Positions 18,309 through 27,696 of a DNA stretch of 64,000 bases are shown one piece after another. The stretch is from a virus: positions 6,442 to 70,441 of IMG/VR virus record IMGVR_UViG_3300037512_001384. One strand, written 5' to 3'. The translations under genes were made by a program, and so were the position numbers. The notes beneath the pieces are model-generated. The model was not told the DNA's origin. It did not search any database and was given only the letters and a program-made list of their open reading frames with translations. Position 1 is the stretch's first letter; each line of letters opens with the position of its first letter.

Positions 18309-18620
18309 ATGAAAGCAAGAAACACTGTTACAGGCGAAGTATTTAGGGATTTTGGAATCTCTAAGGAATTTGGGACAGCATCAGGAATTGATGAGAATAA
18401 CAAATTGAGATTCTTTACGCCTGCAGATGGCGCTTTTGAGATAATTGATGAACCAGAGGGGAAAGATTGGGATGAGTTCAGATGTGATGCTGCGAGTCGA
18501 TTTATGGCGGCTGCTTATGGTAAATACGGAACGCTCTTGGAACCGCGTATAACTGCCAAACAAAGCATTCATTACGCCGACATTCTTATTGAAGAACTTA
18601 AAAAACAAAGTGATATATGA
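18309..18620 (+). CDS. hypothetical protein
   Basis: 103-aa ORF. Confidence 0.45.
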   Translation: MKARNTVTGEVFRDFGISKEFGTASGIDENNKLRFFTPADGAFEIIDEPEGKDWDEFRCDAASRFMAAAYGKYGTLLEPRITAKQSIHYADILIEELKKQSDI

Positions 18621-18799
18621 GAGACAACAACAAAAGTAGAGGCTTGGGTCTTTGCGGAGTGCTGACGGTAGTATTCGTCGTTCTTAAACTGACCCATAAC
18701 ATTGATTGGTCATGGTGGTGGGTGCTTGCTCCATTATGGGGTGGCATAGCTCTTATCATTGCCTTGTTACTAATCTTGTTAATCATTAAACTGTTATGA
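18617..18799 (+). CDS. small membrane protein (two predicted TM helices)
   Basis: GLCGVLTVVFVVL...WWWVLAPLWGGIALIIALLLILLII. Confidence 0.4.
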   Translation: MRDNNKSRGLGLCGVLTVVFVVLKLTHNIDWSWWWVLAPLWGGIALIIALLLILLIIKLL

Positions 18800-18996
18800 C
18801 TGTAAATTTCACAAACGAAAAGGAAGAGCATATTAAGAGCTGGCCCAATTGGACCGGAGTCGTTCCTCAAATCGGAGATACTGTAATCCTCAACTTTGGC
18901 GATTACAATGAAATCCCGGAGAAGCATACGGTTACAGGTCGAGTCATCGATGGAAAGAAGCCGGACAAGGTTACTCTTGTCATAAATTGGGATTGA
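18796..18996 (+). CDS. hypothetical protein
   Basis: 66-aa ORF. Confidence 0.4.
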   Translation: MTVNFTNEKEEHIKSWPNWTGVVPQIGDTVILNFGDYNEIPEKHTVTGRVIDGKKPDKVTLVINWD

Positions 18997-18997
18997 T

Positions 18998-19465
18998 ATG
19001 GATGCGGGTATTCATTTGGGTATGGATAAAGCCCATAAGGAGTTGGAGGATGAAGCCAAGCGCATGATAGCAAGTTCGATTCTTGACGATTCACCTAAAC
19101 CGGTCTTTGTCGCTGCAGACTTTGGACAAGGAAAAGATTTGAGTTCGCTCATGCTTATAGATAAAGGCACCGGTAAAGTTGTCAGTTATGACAAAACAGC
19201 TGTCATTTCCATAAATGAGAACATGAAGATGGAAGTGCGCAAGAACGATTTTTCATATACGCCTCCTTCCGCAGAATGGAATGCCAAACTCAATTTCACC
19301 CATAAGCAGGCACGCCAGTTCCGAAAACTCAGAAGGGAAGTTGGTTTACACAAGTCACGTATTCCACGCAAAAGAAAGAAGAAGTTTAAGGCTTTTATGC
19401 GTATGACGATGCTATGCTGGCCAGATAGCGTATTCAGCCAAGTTTGCGATTATTCTAATTATTAA
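18998..19465 (+). CDS. hypothetical protein
   Basis: 155-aa ORF followed by a terminator. Confidence 0.45.
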   Translation: MDAGIHLGMDKAHKELEDEAKRMIASSILDDSPKPVFVAADFGQGKDLSSLMLIDKGTGKVVSYDKTAVISINENMKMEVRKNDFSYTPPSAEWNAKLNFTHKQARQFRKLRREVGLHKSRIPRKRKKKFKAFMRMTMLCWPDSVFSQVCDYSNY

Positions 19466-19470
19466 CCGAC

Positions 19471-19497
19471 AGGCATTCCGACAAGGATGCCTTTTTT
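19471..19497 (+). terminator. rho-independent terminator
   Basis: AGGCAT...ATGCCT stem followed by TTTTTT. Confidence 0.6.
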
Positions 19498-19509
19498 ATT
19501 TCCATAACA

Positions 19510-19806
19510 ATGAAGACTATTTTCGTTTCAATCCCCTGCACCGATCACATGGCAGAGCTGCCAGCAAGGTGCAAAGCCGCGCATGAGAAGTATGATGCGC
19601 CCGGTGTTAAGGTATTCACGCCTAAAGATGTGGTTCCGGATTCAAGCACACCCTATGCCACATGTCTGGGTAAGACCATTGAGAAGGTTCTGGAAGTTGA
19701 TGAAGTTGTCTTCGCCAACGGCTGGGCTGATTCCAAAGGTTGTACTATGGAAATGCACGCCGCACAGACCTATAACAAGAAATGGATTGTAGATGTCAAG
19801 ATTTGA
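19510..19806 (+). CDS. hypothetical protein
   Basis: 98-aa ORF. Confidence 0.45.
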   Translation: MKTIFVSIPCTDHMAELPARCKAAHEKYDAPGVKVFTPKDVVPDSSTPYATCLGKTIEKVLEVDEVVFANGWADSKGCTMEMHAAQTYNKKWIVDVKI

Positions 19807-19827
19807 TAACGATTAAAACCAGGAGAT

Positions 19828-20028
19828 ATGACTGACGCATTATGCTTTATTGCGCTCGTGATAGCCGCTTTCGCTGTCATAATTGCTGGCGCTGTATTCA
19901 TCGCAGTAAGATGCCTCGCCGATGATATTAGGGAGCAGATTGAAGGTTTTGAAAAGCGTCTGGACAACTTCGCTGAGGCTCGGATGTTTGAAAGGAAAGA
20001 ACAACGATATCACCATGACGAAAAGTGA
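19828..20028 (+). CDS. small membrane protein
   Basis: ALCFIALVIAAFAVIIAGAVFIAV hydrophobic helix. Confidence 0.35.
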   Translation: MTDALCFIALVIAAFAVIIAGAVFIAVRCLADDIREQIEGFEKRLDNFAEARMFERKEQRYHHDEK

Positions 20029-20211
20029 ATTTCTCTCAGAGTACACAGCCTTACTGACAAGGTATTGTGTGAACAACAAGGATTATGAGAACATTCAGCA
20101 TAGGGATATTCTCAAAACAGACATTCCCATAAAAGCAAGGAGCAGCGTAAGAGTGCAGCTGTCCACTTACCTGACAGCAACAGATGAATAGATAACCTAA
20201 AAGAAATACTT

Positions 20212-20736
20212 ATGAAACGTGATGTGTGGAAAGACGTAAAAGGCTATAAGGGTCTTTATAAGATAAACCGTGAAGGTGTTGTCATCAACAAACGAGGCAA
20301 GGTGGTAGGGACAGAGTTGTCGCAACGAGGTTACGTGCGCGTCAGACTGTATAAGAACAACGTCAAGAAGAATCATAAGGTTCACCGCTTGGTAGCCCAG
20401 GCTTTCATCCCCAACCCCAGACGTCTGTCACAGATAGACCATATCAATGGTGATAAGACGGACAACAGAGTCCAGAACCTTCGATGGATGGACAACAGAG
20501 AGAACAACAACGCATTCAAGAGTGAACATCTGAACAAGCAGCCGGTGGTAATCATCGGCTGTTTTGGTGAAATACTGAGATACTTCTCTTCATTACGCGA
20601 AGCAGCATCTGCCATAGGTGTCAGCAGGCATGGTATTTCAGCCGCCTGCCGTGGATTACAGAAGACATCAGGCGGTTATTCATGGCGTTTCGTGACTGAA
20701 GCTGAATTTGCTTTGTTCAACAGGAAGGCTGTATGA
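20212..20736 (+). CDS. HNH homing endonuclease (HNH_3 + NUMOD-like tail)
   Basis: WKDVKGYKGLYKINREGVV, VHRLVAQAFIPNP and HINGDKTDNRVQNLRWM (HNH). C-terminus VVIIGCFGEILRYFSSLREAASAIGVSRHGISAACRGLQKTSGGYSW (NUMOD-like). Confidence 0.8.
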   Translation: MKRDVWKDVKGYKGLYKINREGVVINKRGKVVGTELSQRGYVRVRLYKNNVKKNHKVHRLVAQAFIPNPRRLSQIDHINGDKTDNRVQNLRWMDNRENNNAFKSEHLNKQPVVIIGCFGEILRYFSSLREAASAIGVSRHGISAACRGLQKTSGGYSWRFVTEAEFALFNRKAV

Positions 20737-20770
20737 CATATACGGCCCGGAGAAAAACAATATCATTCTA

Positions 20771-21745
20771 ATGTATCGAAAAAAGAAACCGGCAGGTTTT
20801 GATGAACGTCTTCAGTGGTCTATCAATTTGTTGAAGAAAGCAGAAAAACTCGCTTTGCAATATGATCCTGATGACGGATTCTATTTAGCCTTCTCAGCAG
20901 GCAAGGATTCCCAAGCATTATATCACATCGCCAAACTTGCAGGTGTCAAGTTTCAGGCTCACATGAACTTTACGAGTATTGACCCTCCAGAGGTTATTCG
21001 CTTCTGTCGCGAACATTATCCTGATGTCATAACTCATGCACCCGAGGACAGCATCTACAATATTGCCGTAAACGGGAAATATCTGCTGCCTTCACGTATC
21101 ATTAGATGGTGCTGTGCCATTCTTAAAGAGACTGGAGGTGCCGGTACGGTCTGTCTTACAGGTGTACGCAGACAGGAAAGCATCAGACGCTCCAAACGTA
21201 ACAGCGTTGAAGTTAGCAACAGCTCCTTCTCCGGGGACCTCGATGCCTTCGAGACGTGGAGAAAAGAGAAGATTGCCAAGAAGATTCAGCATCTCAACCA
21301 GGACCAATTCAGTGAACAAGACGAGGAACAAATCAGATGTATCGGCGGCAAGGATAAAATCATTGTCAATCCGATAATAGACTGGTCTGAGTCTGATGTC
21401 TGGTATTTTCTCAACGAAGTTGTGAAAGTGCCTCACTGCTCGCTATATGACAGAGGATATAAACGTATCGGATGTATCTGCTGTCCTATGGCAAATTATA
21501 AGCAGAAACTCATCGAATTGGCGGATTACCCCCATGTCAAGCGCAACTGGATAAATGCCATCAAGCGGATACGCGAGCAGGGTATCGCAAAGAATATCCT
21601 GACAGAGAACTATTTCGGCAATGGTACGGAAGACGAGATATGTGAGAACATCTTCCAATGGTGGATCAGCGGGAAATCCTATGACGAATGGTATGCTGAG
21701 ACATTCCTTCAGCAAAGGATTGATTTTGGAGAGGAACAACAATAG
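20771..21745 (+). CDS. PAPS-reductase-family PP-loop ATPase with C-terminal Cys cluster (IbrA/DUF3440-like)
   Basis: PP-loop AFSAGKDSQAL; C-terminal RIGCICCPMA; sits directly upstream of the flanked MTase. Confidence 0.65.
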   Translation: MYRKKKPAGFDERLQWSINLLKKAEKLALQYDPDDGFYLAFSAGKDSQALYHIAKLAGVKFQAHMNFTSIDPPEVIRFCREHYPDVITHAPEDSIYNIAVNGKYLLPSRIIRWCCAILKETGGAGTVCLTGVRRQESIRRSKRNSVEVSNSSFSGDLDAFETWRKEKIAKKIQHLNQDQFSEQDEEQIRCIGGKDKIIVNPIIDWSESDVWYFLNEVVKVPHCSLYDRGYKRIGCICCPMANYKQKLIELADYPHVKRNWINAIKRIREQGIAKNILTENYFGNGTEDEICENIFQWWISGKSYDEWYAETFLQQRIDFGEEQQ

Positions 21746-21771
21746 AATGATATTGTAACCGGCAGTAGCAA

Positions 21772-21789
21772 ACAATATGTGGGTATTGT
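21772..21789. repeat. left inverted repeat flanking MTase A (ACAATATGTGGGTATTGT)
   Basis: 17/18 match to the reverse complement of 22468-22485 (13-bp perfect core ATGTGGGTATTGT). Confidence 0.55.
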
Positions 21790-21798
21790 ATTTCCATT

Positions 21799-22455
21799 TC
21801 AGAATAATTCGAGTTGTGTGATTGTGGTGCCGTCTTGCAATTTGGTCTCTCCGAGGCATTCCTCCCTGAACCGCTCTTCCTGGAGGTCATAGTATTCTTT
21901 GCTTATCTCACAAGCGTAGAAGTCAAACCCCATCTTATAGGCAGCGATGCGGCTTGAACCACTTCCAAGATGGCTGTCGAATATCTTGTCACCCGGCTTT
22001 GCGAAGGTCTTTAGCAGATAGGCGTATAGTTCTATTGGTTTACAGGTGGGATGCCATACAACCTTGTCGATGTGACCGCCTCGGTTGGATATTGTGATCA
22101 GTTTGGCTGGTTTATCAAATGACGTCCAGGCAAACTCACATTGACTGAAGTTCTCCCATACCTGCTGCTTATCCCAGATGACAAAGCAACGGCAAGGAGG
22201 TAAGGGAAAGTAGTTACCTCCCCAGATAATCTGGTTCTTGCTGACGCGGAATAACTCCTTCCAATATTCTGTGGGGGGTGCAACATCCCAACTCATATCA
22301 TGGCGGTTGAGGGTGCGATTCTTAAGTTTCCCGCTCCCTTGAACAGAGGATTTCTTGAGCTGATACGGCGGGTCCACTATCGCAAGGTCAAAGAATGCGT
22401 CTGGAAGCGTCTTCATATAGGCTAAGCAGTCTGTATTGAACACTTCGCTAACCAT
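21799..22455 (-). CDS. N6-adenine/N4-cytosine DNA methyltransferase (beta class), MTase A
   Basis: DLAIVDPPYQ (motif IV), VWHPTCKP, FDSHLGSGSSRIAAYKMG (motif I); 218 aa; whole gene bracketed by inverted repeats. Confidence 0.8.
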   Translation of the reverse strand: MVSEVFNTDCLAYMKTLPDAFFDLAIVDPPYQLKKSSVQGSGKLKNRTLNRHDMSWDVAPPTEYWKELFRVSKNQIIWGGNYFPLPPCRCFVIWDKQQVWENFSQCEFAWTSFDKPAKLITISNRGGHIDKVVWHPTCKPIELYAYLLKTFAKPGDKIFDSHLGSGSSRIAAYKMGFDFYACEISKEYYDLQEERFREECLGETKLQDGTTITQLELF

Positions 22456-22467
22456 TGTCTTTGGGTA

Positions 22468-22485
22468 ACAATACCCACATAATGT
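22468..22485. repeat. right inverted repeat flanking MTase A (ACAATACCCACATAATGT)
   Basis: Lies in the 31-bp gap between the divergent start codons of MTase A and MTase B. Confidence 0.55.
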
Positions 22486-22486
22486 A

Positions 22487-23245
22487 ATGCTTCATGGGGA
22501 TTGCCTTGAACTTATGCGGGATATTCCGGATAAGAGTATCGACATGATTCTGAGTGATCCGCCTTATGGAACGCTAAACAAGAGCAACCCGGATGCGCAA
22601 TGGGATAAGGAAGTTGACCTTAAGGCATTATGGAGGCAATACAAGCGCATCATCAAGCCCAACGGTGTCATTCTTCTGTTCGGTCAAGGTGTCTTTGGAG
22701 CCAAGCTGATTATGAGTAACCCGAAATGGTTCAGATATGACTTCGTTTGGGATAAGGTCAGGAAATCCAATTTCCTTAACTGTAAGAAGATGCCGATGCG
22801 TCAGCATGAGCAGATATTCGTGTTCTACGGCAAGCCGCCTCTGTATAACCCTCAGATGGTCCGGTGCAAGGAGTCTCAGAAGAACCACAGCAGAGGCACG
22901 ACAGGACGAGAGCAGAAGACCTCCTGTTACGGCAAATACAACGTGACGGAAACCATAGATACCGATTACAAGTATCCCGGAACTATCGTTCGGTTTCCCA
23001 AAGGGCACAGTAAGGAAGACTGGAAGCACGGGACAACCAAACCGGTCAATCTCTTGCGTTATCTCATCAGGACATATTCCAAAGAGGGTGATGTCATCCT
23101 TGACAATTTTGCAGGATCCGGCAATACACTGATTGCCGCCATCAAAGAGAAGAGAGACTGGATAGGTATGGAGATATCGGATAAGTTCTATGCTTTGGCT
23201 CAGCAACGTATAAATGACGAACTAAGAGAACCAACTTTATTCTGA
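22487..23245 (+). CDS. N6-adenine/N4-cytosine DNA methyltransferase (beta class), MTase B
   Basis: DMILSDPPYG, WKHGTTKPV, ILDNFAGSGNTLIAAIKEKRDWIGMEI; 252 aa. Confidence 0.8.
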   Translation: MLHGDCLELMRDIPDKSIDMILSDPPYGTLNKSNPDAQWDKEVDLKALWRQYKRIIKPNGVILLFGQGVFGAKLIMSNPKWFRYDFVWDKVRKSNFLNCKKMPMRQHEQIFVFYGKPPLYNPQMVRCKESQKNHSRGTTGREQKTSCYGKYNVTETIDTDYKYPGTIVRFPKGHSKEDWKHGTTKPVNLLRYLIRTYSKEGDVILDNFAGSGNTLIAAIKEKRDWIGMEISDKFYALAQQRINDELREPTLF

Positions 23246-23246
23246 A

Positions 23247-23459
23247 ATGAGCAAACAACAACGAGGTGGCGTAATCCATTTTCGCGACCGTGACAGGGAT
23301 GCATGGCCGCAATCTGATTTCAGGGATGTATATGTCAAGCCTAATATCAAGCTGCCTGAAGCACCCAAGAATCACATGATTTTAACTTGTAACCCTTCCG
23401 GGCTAAATATTTTCCATAAGAATTTCATCAACGACAACAATGAAAGAGATTCCCGATGA
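23247..23459 (+). CDS. hypothetical protein
   Basis: 70-aa ORF. Confidence 0.35.
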   Translation: MSKQQRGGVIHFRDRDRDAWPQSDFRDVYVKPNIKLPEAPKNHMILTCNPSGLNIFHKNFINDNNERDSR

Positions 23460-23715
23460 GCTGTACAACCAATTAGACTACTTGGGGTTGATTCCCAACG
23501 AAGTCCGTTCAACCAATGTAGGCAAGAGTGATTACTCCAAGCATTTCATCCAGCCCTGGACAATATGGTTGGATGCCAATCTCAACCCGTGGGATGCGGA
23601 TATAGTCAAGCGCATATTGAGGACAAAAGAAGGTGATTCCCGTATGATGGACTATGAGAAAATCATCCATATATGCGAGGAGCGTATCAGACAGCTTAAG
23701 TTCACTGCGAAATGA
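23440..23715 (+). CDS. hypothetical phage protein (DUF3310-like)
   Basis: SDYSKHFIQPWTIWLDANLNPWDADIVKRILRTKEG pattern. Confidence 0.4.
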   Translation: MKEIPDELYNQLDYLGLIPNEVRSTNVGKSDYSKHFIQPWTIWLDANLNPWDADIVKRILRTKEGDSRMMDYEKIIHICEERIRQLKFTAK

Positions 23716-24377
23716 AAAAGGTTGTAATCAAAACCGTGATGGAATATGAAGGTATGGAGTGGACATCACGGGTTGTGGACTTTGGTATTAGCCTTATGGT
23801 GGCGGCGGCTATCAACGAAGTGATTTGCGCCTTTATCATGGTGAAGGAATCCGACCTGTTCCGTCGTTCCGTCAAGCATAATGCGACAAGGGCTGTCAAG
23901 GAGGCTGAAGCCAAGCAACGTGAGTTGAAGGAATCGGCCGGGGATGGAGAGCTGTTCGCGTCTTACTCCGATGCAGTCATAGACAAGGCGCGTAACGACA
24001 TAACATTGCTGCAGCTTGCCATCAAGCAGGCGCTTGACACGCATAAAGTCAAACATTCAGATATCCTTGCTCGCGCTGAATGTGCGAGGGTATTATTGGA
24101 TATGTCAGCGAAGCAGTTCGCCAATACCATCAGGACTGCCGAATGCAGGTATCTGAAAAACTTCTATGAGCACTTCAAGGAGTTTGACATGAAGCATCTG
24201 CATGATGCATGGAAGATGGTTTGTACGGAACTGTTCGTGGGTTATAACGTTGACCTCAACACACCGACGGTGAAGGGGCTGTTCGAGTCTATGCTTAACA
24301 AGTTCTCCAACGGAGAGTACATATATGGTTGTCTGGACCAGGCGTATGAGGAATATCCCGAGAAACGACCTAATTAA
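23712..24377 (+). CDS. hypothetical protein
   Basis: 221-aa ORF. Confidence 0.5.
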   Translation: MKKVVIKTVMEYEGMEWTSRVVDFGISLMVAAAINEVICAFIMVKESDLFRRSVKHNATRAVKEAEAKQRELKESAGDGELFASYSDAVIDKARNDITLLQLAIKQALDTHKVKHSDILARAECARVLLDMSAKQFANTIRTAECRYLKNFYEHFKEFDMKHLHDAWKMVCTELFVGYNVDLNTPTVKGLFESMLNKFSNGEYIYGCLDQAYEEYPEKRPN

Positions 24378-24391
24378 ACATCAAAATAACT

Positions 24392-25162
24392 ATGGGAAAA
24401 TTTATCATTTATTTCAAGGAGAACAGAAACGGGCATTGCGCTTATCGTTTCGTCAAGAGTTATCGTAAGGGTGGTTTCTTAAGGAAAGAGCGTATTGAAT
24501 ATACGCTGGACTTGGTTCAGGCTATGGACTTTCCGGATATGGAAGTCGTAGTCAAAGCCCACAAGCGTTTGTCTGCAGATTATCCCGATGCGGCTGTGAA
24601 CTATATGGATGTCGAGGAGTTCAGGGACAGATTCGCACTGCATCGGTTCTGGCTGATATGCAGGCATGACAATAACGGTCAACCAATCGAGTATTACAGC
24701 GGCACCGGTAAGGGACATTTCTCCTGGACGAACGACATCACTAATGCCCTGTTGGGTCTGGATGCGAAGACGCAGGAAGAAACTTTCAGGCGTATCCGTC
24801 TGACCGGTGACAGGATTACCCTCATCCCTGTCTATCTCGACCTGATCAACGACCTTCTGAACCCCAACTTCATCATCACCTGTACCAGCAAGACCGGTGA
24901 ACAGAAGACCAAGTTCTTCGCCCGCAGGGAGGGTAACAGACTGAGGTTGGTTGAGACATCCGATGCCGCCAAGAAATTCAACTACCGCGAAGGACTGGAG
25001 GCGTTCGAGACTCTGAAGATAAACAACAAGAACTTCTTATATGCCATGCTTCCTGCATTCAAGGAGAATGTGTCATATAAGAATCTGGAAGCCTATTGCA
25101 AGGCAAACAACCCGTCTCGCGCCCTGCAGATGGAGATTAAGCTGGACGCTCTGAATAAATGA
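24392..25162 (+). CDS. hypothetical protein
   Basis: 256-aa ORF. Confidence 0.5.
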   Translation: MGKFIIYFKENRNGHCAYRFVKSYRKGGFLRKERIEYTLDLVQAMDFPDMEVVVKAHKRLSADYPDAAVNYMDVEEFRDRFALHRFWLICRHDNNGQPIEYYSGTGKGHFSWTNDITNALLGLDAKTQEETFRRIRLTGDRITLIPVYLDLINDLLNPNFIITCTSKTGEQKTKFFARREGNRLRLVETSDAAKKFNYREGLEAFETLKINNKNFLYAMLPAFKENVSYKNLEAYCKANNPSRALQMEIKLDALNK

Positions 25163-25165
25163 CGT

Positions 25166-25426
25166 ATGGACCAGACAAAAGCGCAGAAACTCGTTGATGA
25201 CCTTATGGAACTCATCAACAAGGAGAAGCTGGAAGGTTCTGAACGTCTCGCGGTCGTTTCGATGTTCTTCTCCACGGAGATAGCATGTGCGTTCTTGTCC
25301 GGCGTGATAGATGACACGCTGCCTACAGACCAGGTTCTGGACGGTGCGTTTGAAATCATACGTAAGGAGGTGAAGGATGCCATCTCACATGGCGGAGTGG
25401 CAGTGGATATTAAGGGAGATTGTTGA
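25166..25426 (+). CDS. hypothetical protein
   Basis: 86-aa ORF. Confidence 0.45.
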   Translation: MDQTKAQKLVDDLMELINKEKLEGSERLAVVSMFFSTEIACAFLSGVIDDTLPTDQVLDGAFEIIRKEVKDAISHGGVAVDIKGDC

Positions 25427-25442
25427 CGTGAAACATAAGACT

Positions 25443-25667
25443 ATGACTGAGCAGGAGGGACAGGAGATCCTGGACCGTATATCCGAGTTGTTCAACGAAC
25501 ATGAACTCACACTCGGTGACGCCTTTCGGGTACTGTCCTCCATGTTCATCAGTCTCACGAATGACGTTCAGAAGAGATATCCGAAAGAGAATGTCATTGG
25601 CGAAGCGGTCAAGTATCTGAATATCATCCGATATAACGTACTACCTCCTAAAGACAGACCGAACTGA
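25443..25667 (+). CDS. hypothetical protein
   Basis: ORF MTEQEGQEILDRISELF...; start chosen after the upstream stop (track 25377). Confidence 0.35.
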   Translation: MTEQEGQEILDRISELFNEHELTLGDAFRVLSSMFISLTNDVQKRYPKENVIGEAVKYLNIIRYNVLPPKDRPN

Positions 25668-25668
25668 T

Positions 25669-26619
25669 ATGGCACGATTGAAGAAAGCAGAGAGGGAACG
25701 TAGGGAGAAAGAGAGGATACACCGCGAGACTGACTGTATCAGACGTAAGGTCGTGGGTGATTTCTTTATCAGCTTCTCACGTCATATACGTCCTTGGCTC
25801 CTTGGTATGGCGGAACGGTATATCGAGAGAGGTATATACCCGATGCTGGCGCAGTCTATCCTGCCTTCCTATTACGAGGACAAGAATGACAAGGAGATAG
25901 CTGCTTTCGCGTCCCTGTTGCTGGACCCCGAATCAGAGTTTGACAGGATCCAGGCGTTCCGCGAGATGATGGGGGAGCATCCGTTTCTTTGGTTTGGTAA
26001 AAGGGATTATGTCATACTCTCTACCGGTGCCAATCAGAACAAACTGATAGGCGGCGTCCCGGGATGGAAGATAGCCAGGCTGATGGAGAAGCTATGGCAG
26101 CGAGGACGTATGGACGCTCAGGAAGGTGACGGTACATACTATGTCCTTACACCTATCATGGTGACACTGAATGTGAAGTACCTCAACTGGCTTCCGGAGG
26201 ATGCCGTACTTGATATGATAGGTGACTGCATTCCCAAGAAAGAGAGTCTTTATCGAATAAGGCTCGCATTGCTCGTTCTTTTGACGCCTGACGGCATCGG
26301 TCAGGATGTGTGGTCAGTTGAACCGGAACGTCTGAGATGTCCACTCTCAACCAAAATAACACCGTTCCTTGAAACGTGGTTTCCCGACTATACGAGATAC
26401 GGTACAAGGGAAGAGGCTATTGAGCTGTTCGACATGCCTCATCATTATGATTTCTTCTATGCTTATCTGGCTTACATGGAGATAGGCAAAAGAAAACCCC
26501 GCGAGTGCAGCAGGCTCGCCACTACATACCGACGATGGTATGACCGTGGCGATGATAAATACAGACCTGCTGTCTGGCGGGAAATAATGGACAGGGTGGA
26601 ACAACAAGACCTTGCTTAG
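25669..26619 (+). CDS. hypothetical protein
   Basis: 316-aa ORF, last gene of the plus-strand block, followed by a bidirectional terminator. Confidence 0.5.
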   Translation: MARLKKAERERREKERIHRETDCIRRKVVGDFFISFSRHIRPWLLGMAERYIERGIYPMLAQSILPSYYEDKNDKEIAAFASLLLDPESEFDRIQAFREMMGEHPFLWFGKRDYVILSTGANQNKLIGGVPGWKIARLMEKLWQRGRMDAQEGDGTYYVLTPIMVTLNVKYLNWLPEDAVLDMIGDCIPKKESLYRIRLALLVLLTPDGIGQDVWSVEPERLRCPLSTKITPFLETWFPDYTRYGTREEAIELFDMPHHYDFFYAYLAYMEIGKRKPRECSRLATTYRRWYDRGDDKYRPAVWREIMDRVEQQDLA

Positions 26620-26627
26620 TCTTATCG

Positions 26628-26667
26628 TGTGGGGAGTAGCTGTCATGCTGCTCCCCACTTTTTTTTG
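26628..26667. terminator. rho-independent terminator between convergent genes
   Basis: GTGGGGAG...CTCCCCAC stem followed by TTTTTTTT. Confidence 0.7.
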
Positions 26668-27510
26668 TTATGTGCCGGTGAAGAACCCCATACCGCTCAA
26701 GTCGAGATTATCGGCATCCACGCAGATGTAACGTGATGTCATGTTCTCGTTCTTGTTGTGGTTCATCAGGGCGCAGATGACGGCACGCGGCACACCGCGC
26801 AGAGTCAGGTTGGTGGCGAAGGATCTCCGGGCCGTATGACTCCCGACATACTCGTACTTGGGTCGCGTCTGCGTCTTACCGTGATAGAATATCTTGGTTT
26901 CCTGACTGATACCGCATCGGCGACAGATACGTTTGATGACATCGTTATAAACGGCTCTGTTATGTTCGCCGGTGGGCTTGTACTGCAGGTAACGCATGAG
27001 GTTGCGATGTATCGGTATGGAGCTCTCCACCTTCGTCTTCTGACTCACATAACACAGTCTGCCGTCAATGATGTTATGCTCGGTGAATGACTTGACATCG
27101 GACGTCCTGGCACCGCAGTAGCACTCGATGAGGAAAGCCGCCTTGATGTCCCGTTCCGTGTCATTATGGGGAACATATCGTTCGATACGCTCTATCTCCT
27201 CTTCCGTGAGATAGACGTTCTGTGACGGCACTCTCTTAGCCTTCAATTCCTTCCCGGGATTCTTACAGGGGAATAAATTCTCATCCAGATAAGCGGAAAG
27301 GAAAGCCTTCAATACGGCGAGATAGGTACATGCCGTATTACCGGCTACGTTGTCACAGATATTATCCCTCATCTCGGACAGGTTAAGCGTCGTGAGGTCG
27401 CTCCACTGCACCTCCTGAACGCCTATCGCATCACGCATATACCGAAGGATATGCGCATAGCTGGGTTGTCTTCTGACAAACTCCTGCTCAAAACTTAAAA
27501 TTCCGTTCAT
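26668..27510 (-). CDS. small tyrosine site-specific recombinase (Xer/invertase-sized, 280 aa)
   Basis: C-terminal catalytic region HTARRSFATNL...RGVPRAVICALMNHNKNENMTSRYI (R...HxxR...Y). No large N-terminal arm-binding domain. Confidence 0.8.
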   Translation of the reverse strand: MNGILSFEQEFVRRQPSYAHILRYMRDAIGVQEVQWSDLTTLNLSEMRDNICDNVAGNTACTYLAVLKAFLSAYLDENLFPCKNPGKELKAKRVPSQNVYLTEEEIERIERYVPHNDTERDIKAAFLIECYCGARTSDVKSFTEHNIIDGRLCYVSQKTKVESSIPIHRNLMRYLQYKPTGEHNRAVYNDVIKRICRRCGISQETKIFYHGKTQTRPKYEYVGSHTARRSFATNLTLRGVPRAVICALMNHNKNENMTSRYICVDADNLDLSGMGFFTGT

Positions 27511-27696
27511 ATCATTTGGTTTTTATTGATTACGACGAGTGAAGCCGGACAATATCCCATCGTCCGGCTCCTGATTAACCTAAATACTTATGTGGTAAAA
27601 ACGTACACACGAAAGTATGTGTAAACATGTTGACCACACTGCTACGACTATGGTAATCTTGCTGCCGGAGGACGTTTTACCGTCATCCGGCATTGT

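Noticed and set aside
21772-22485. Whether the 13-bp core repeat flanking MTase A is just chance
   Set aside because: Not rejected but down-weighted. A perfect 13-mer inverted pair within 1 kb is expected about once by chance in 64 kb. The 17/18 extended match and exact gene-bracketing position are why it is kept as a finding.
22628-23206. 192-aa minus-strand ORF inside MTase B
   Set aside because: Antisense to a gene with clear DPPY and FxGxG motifs; spurious.
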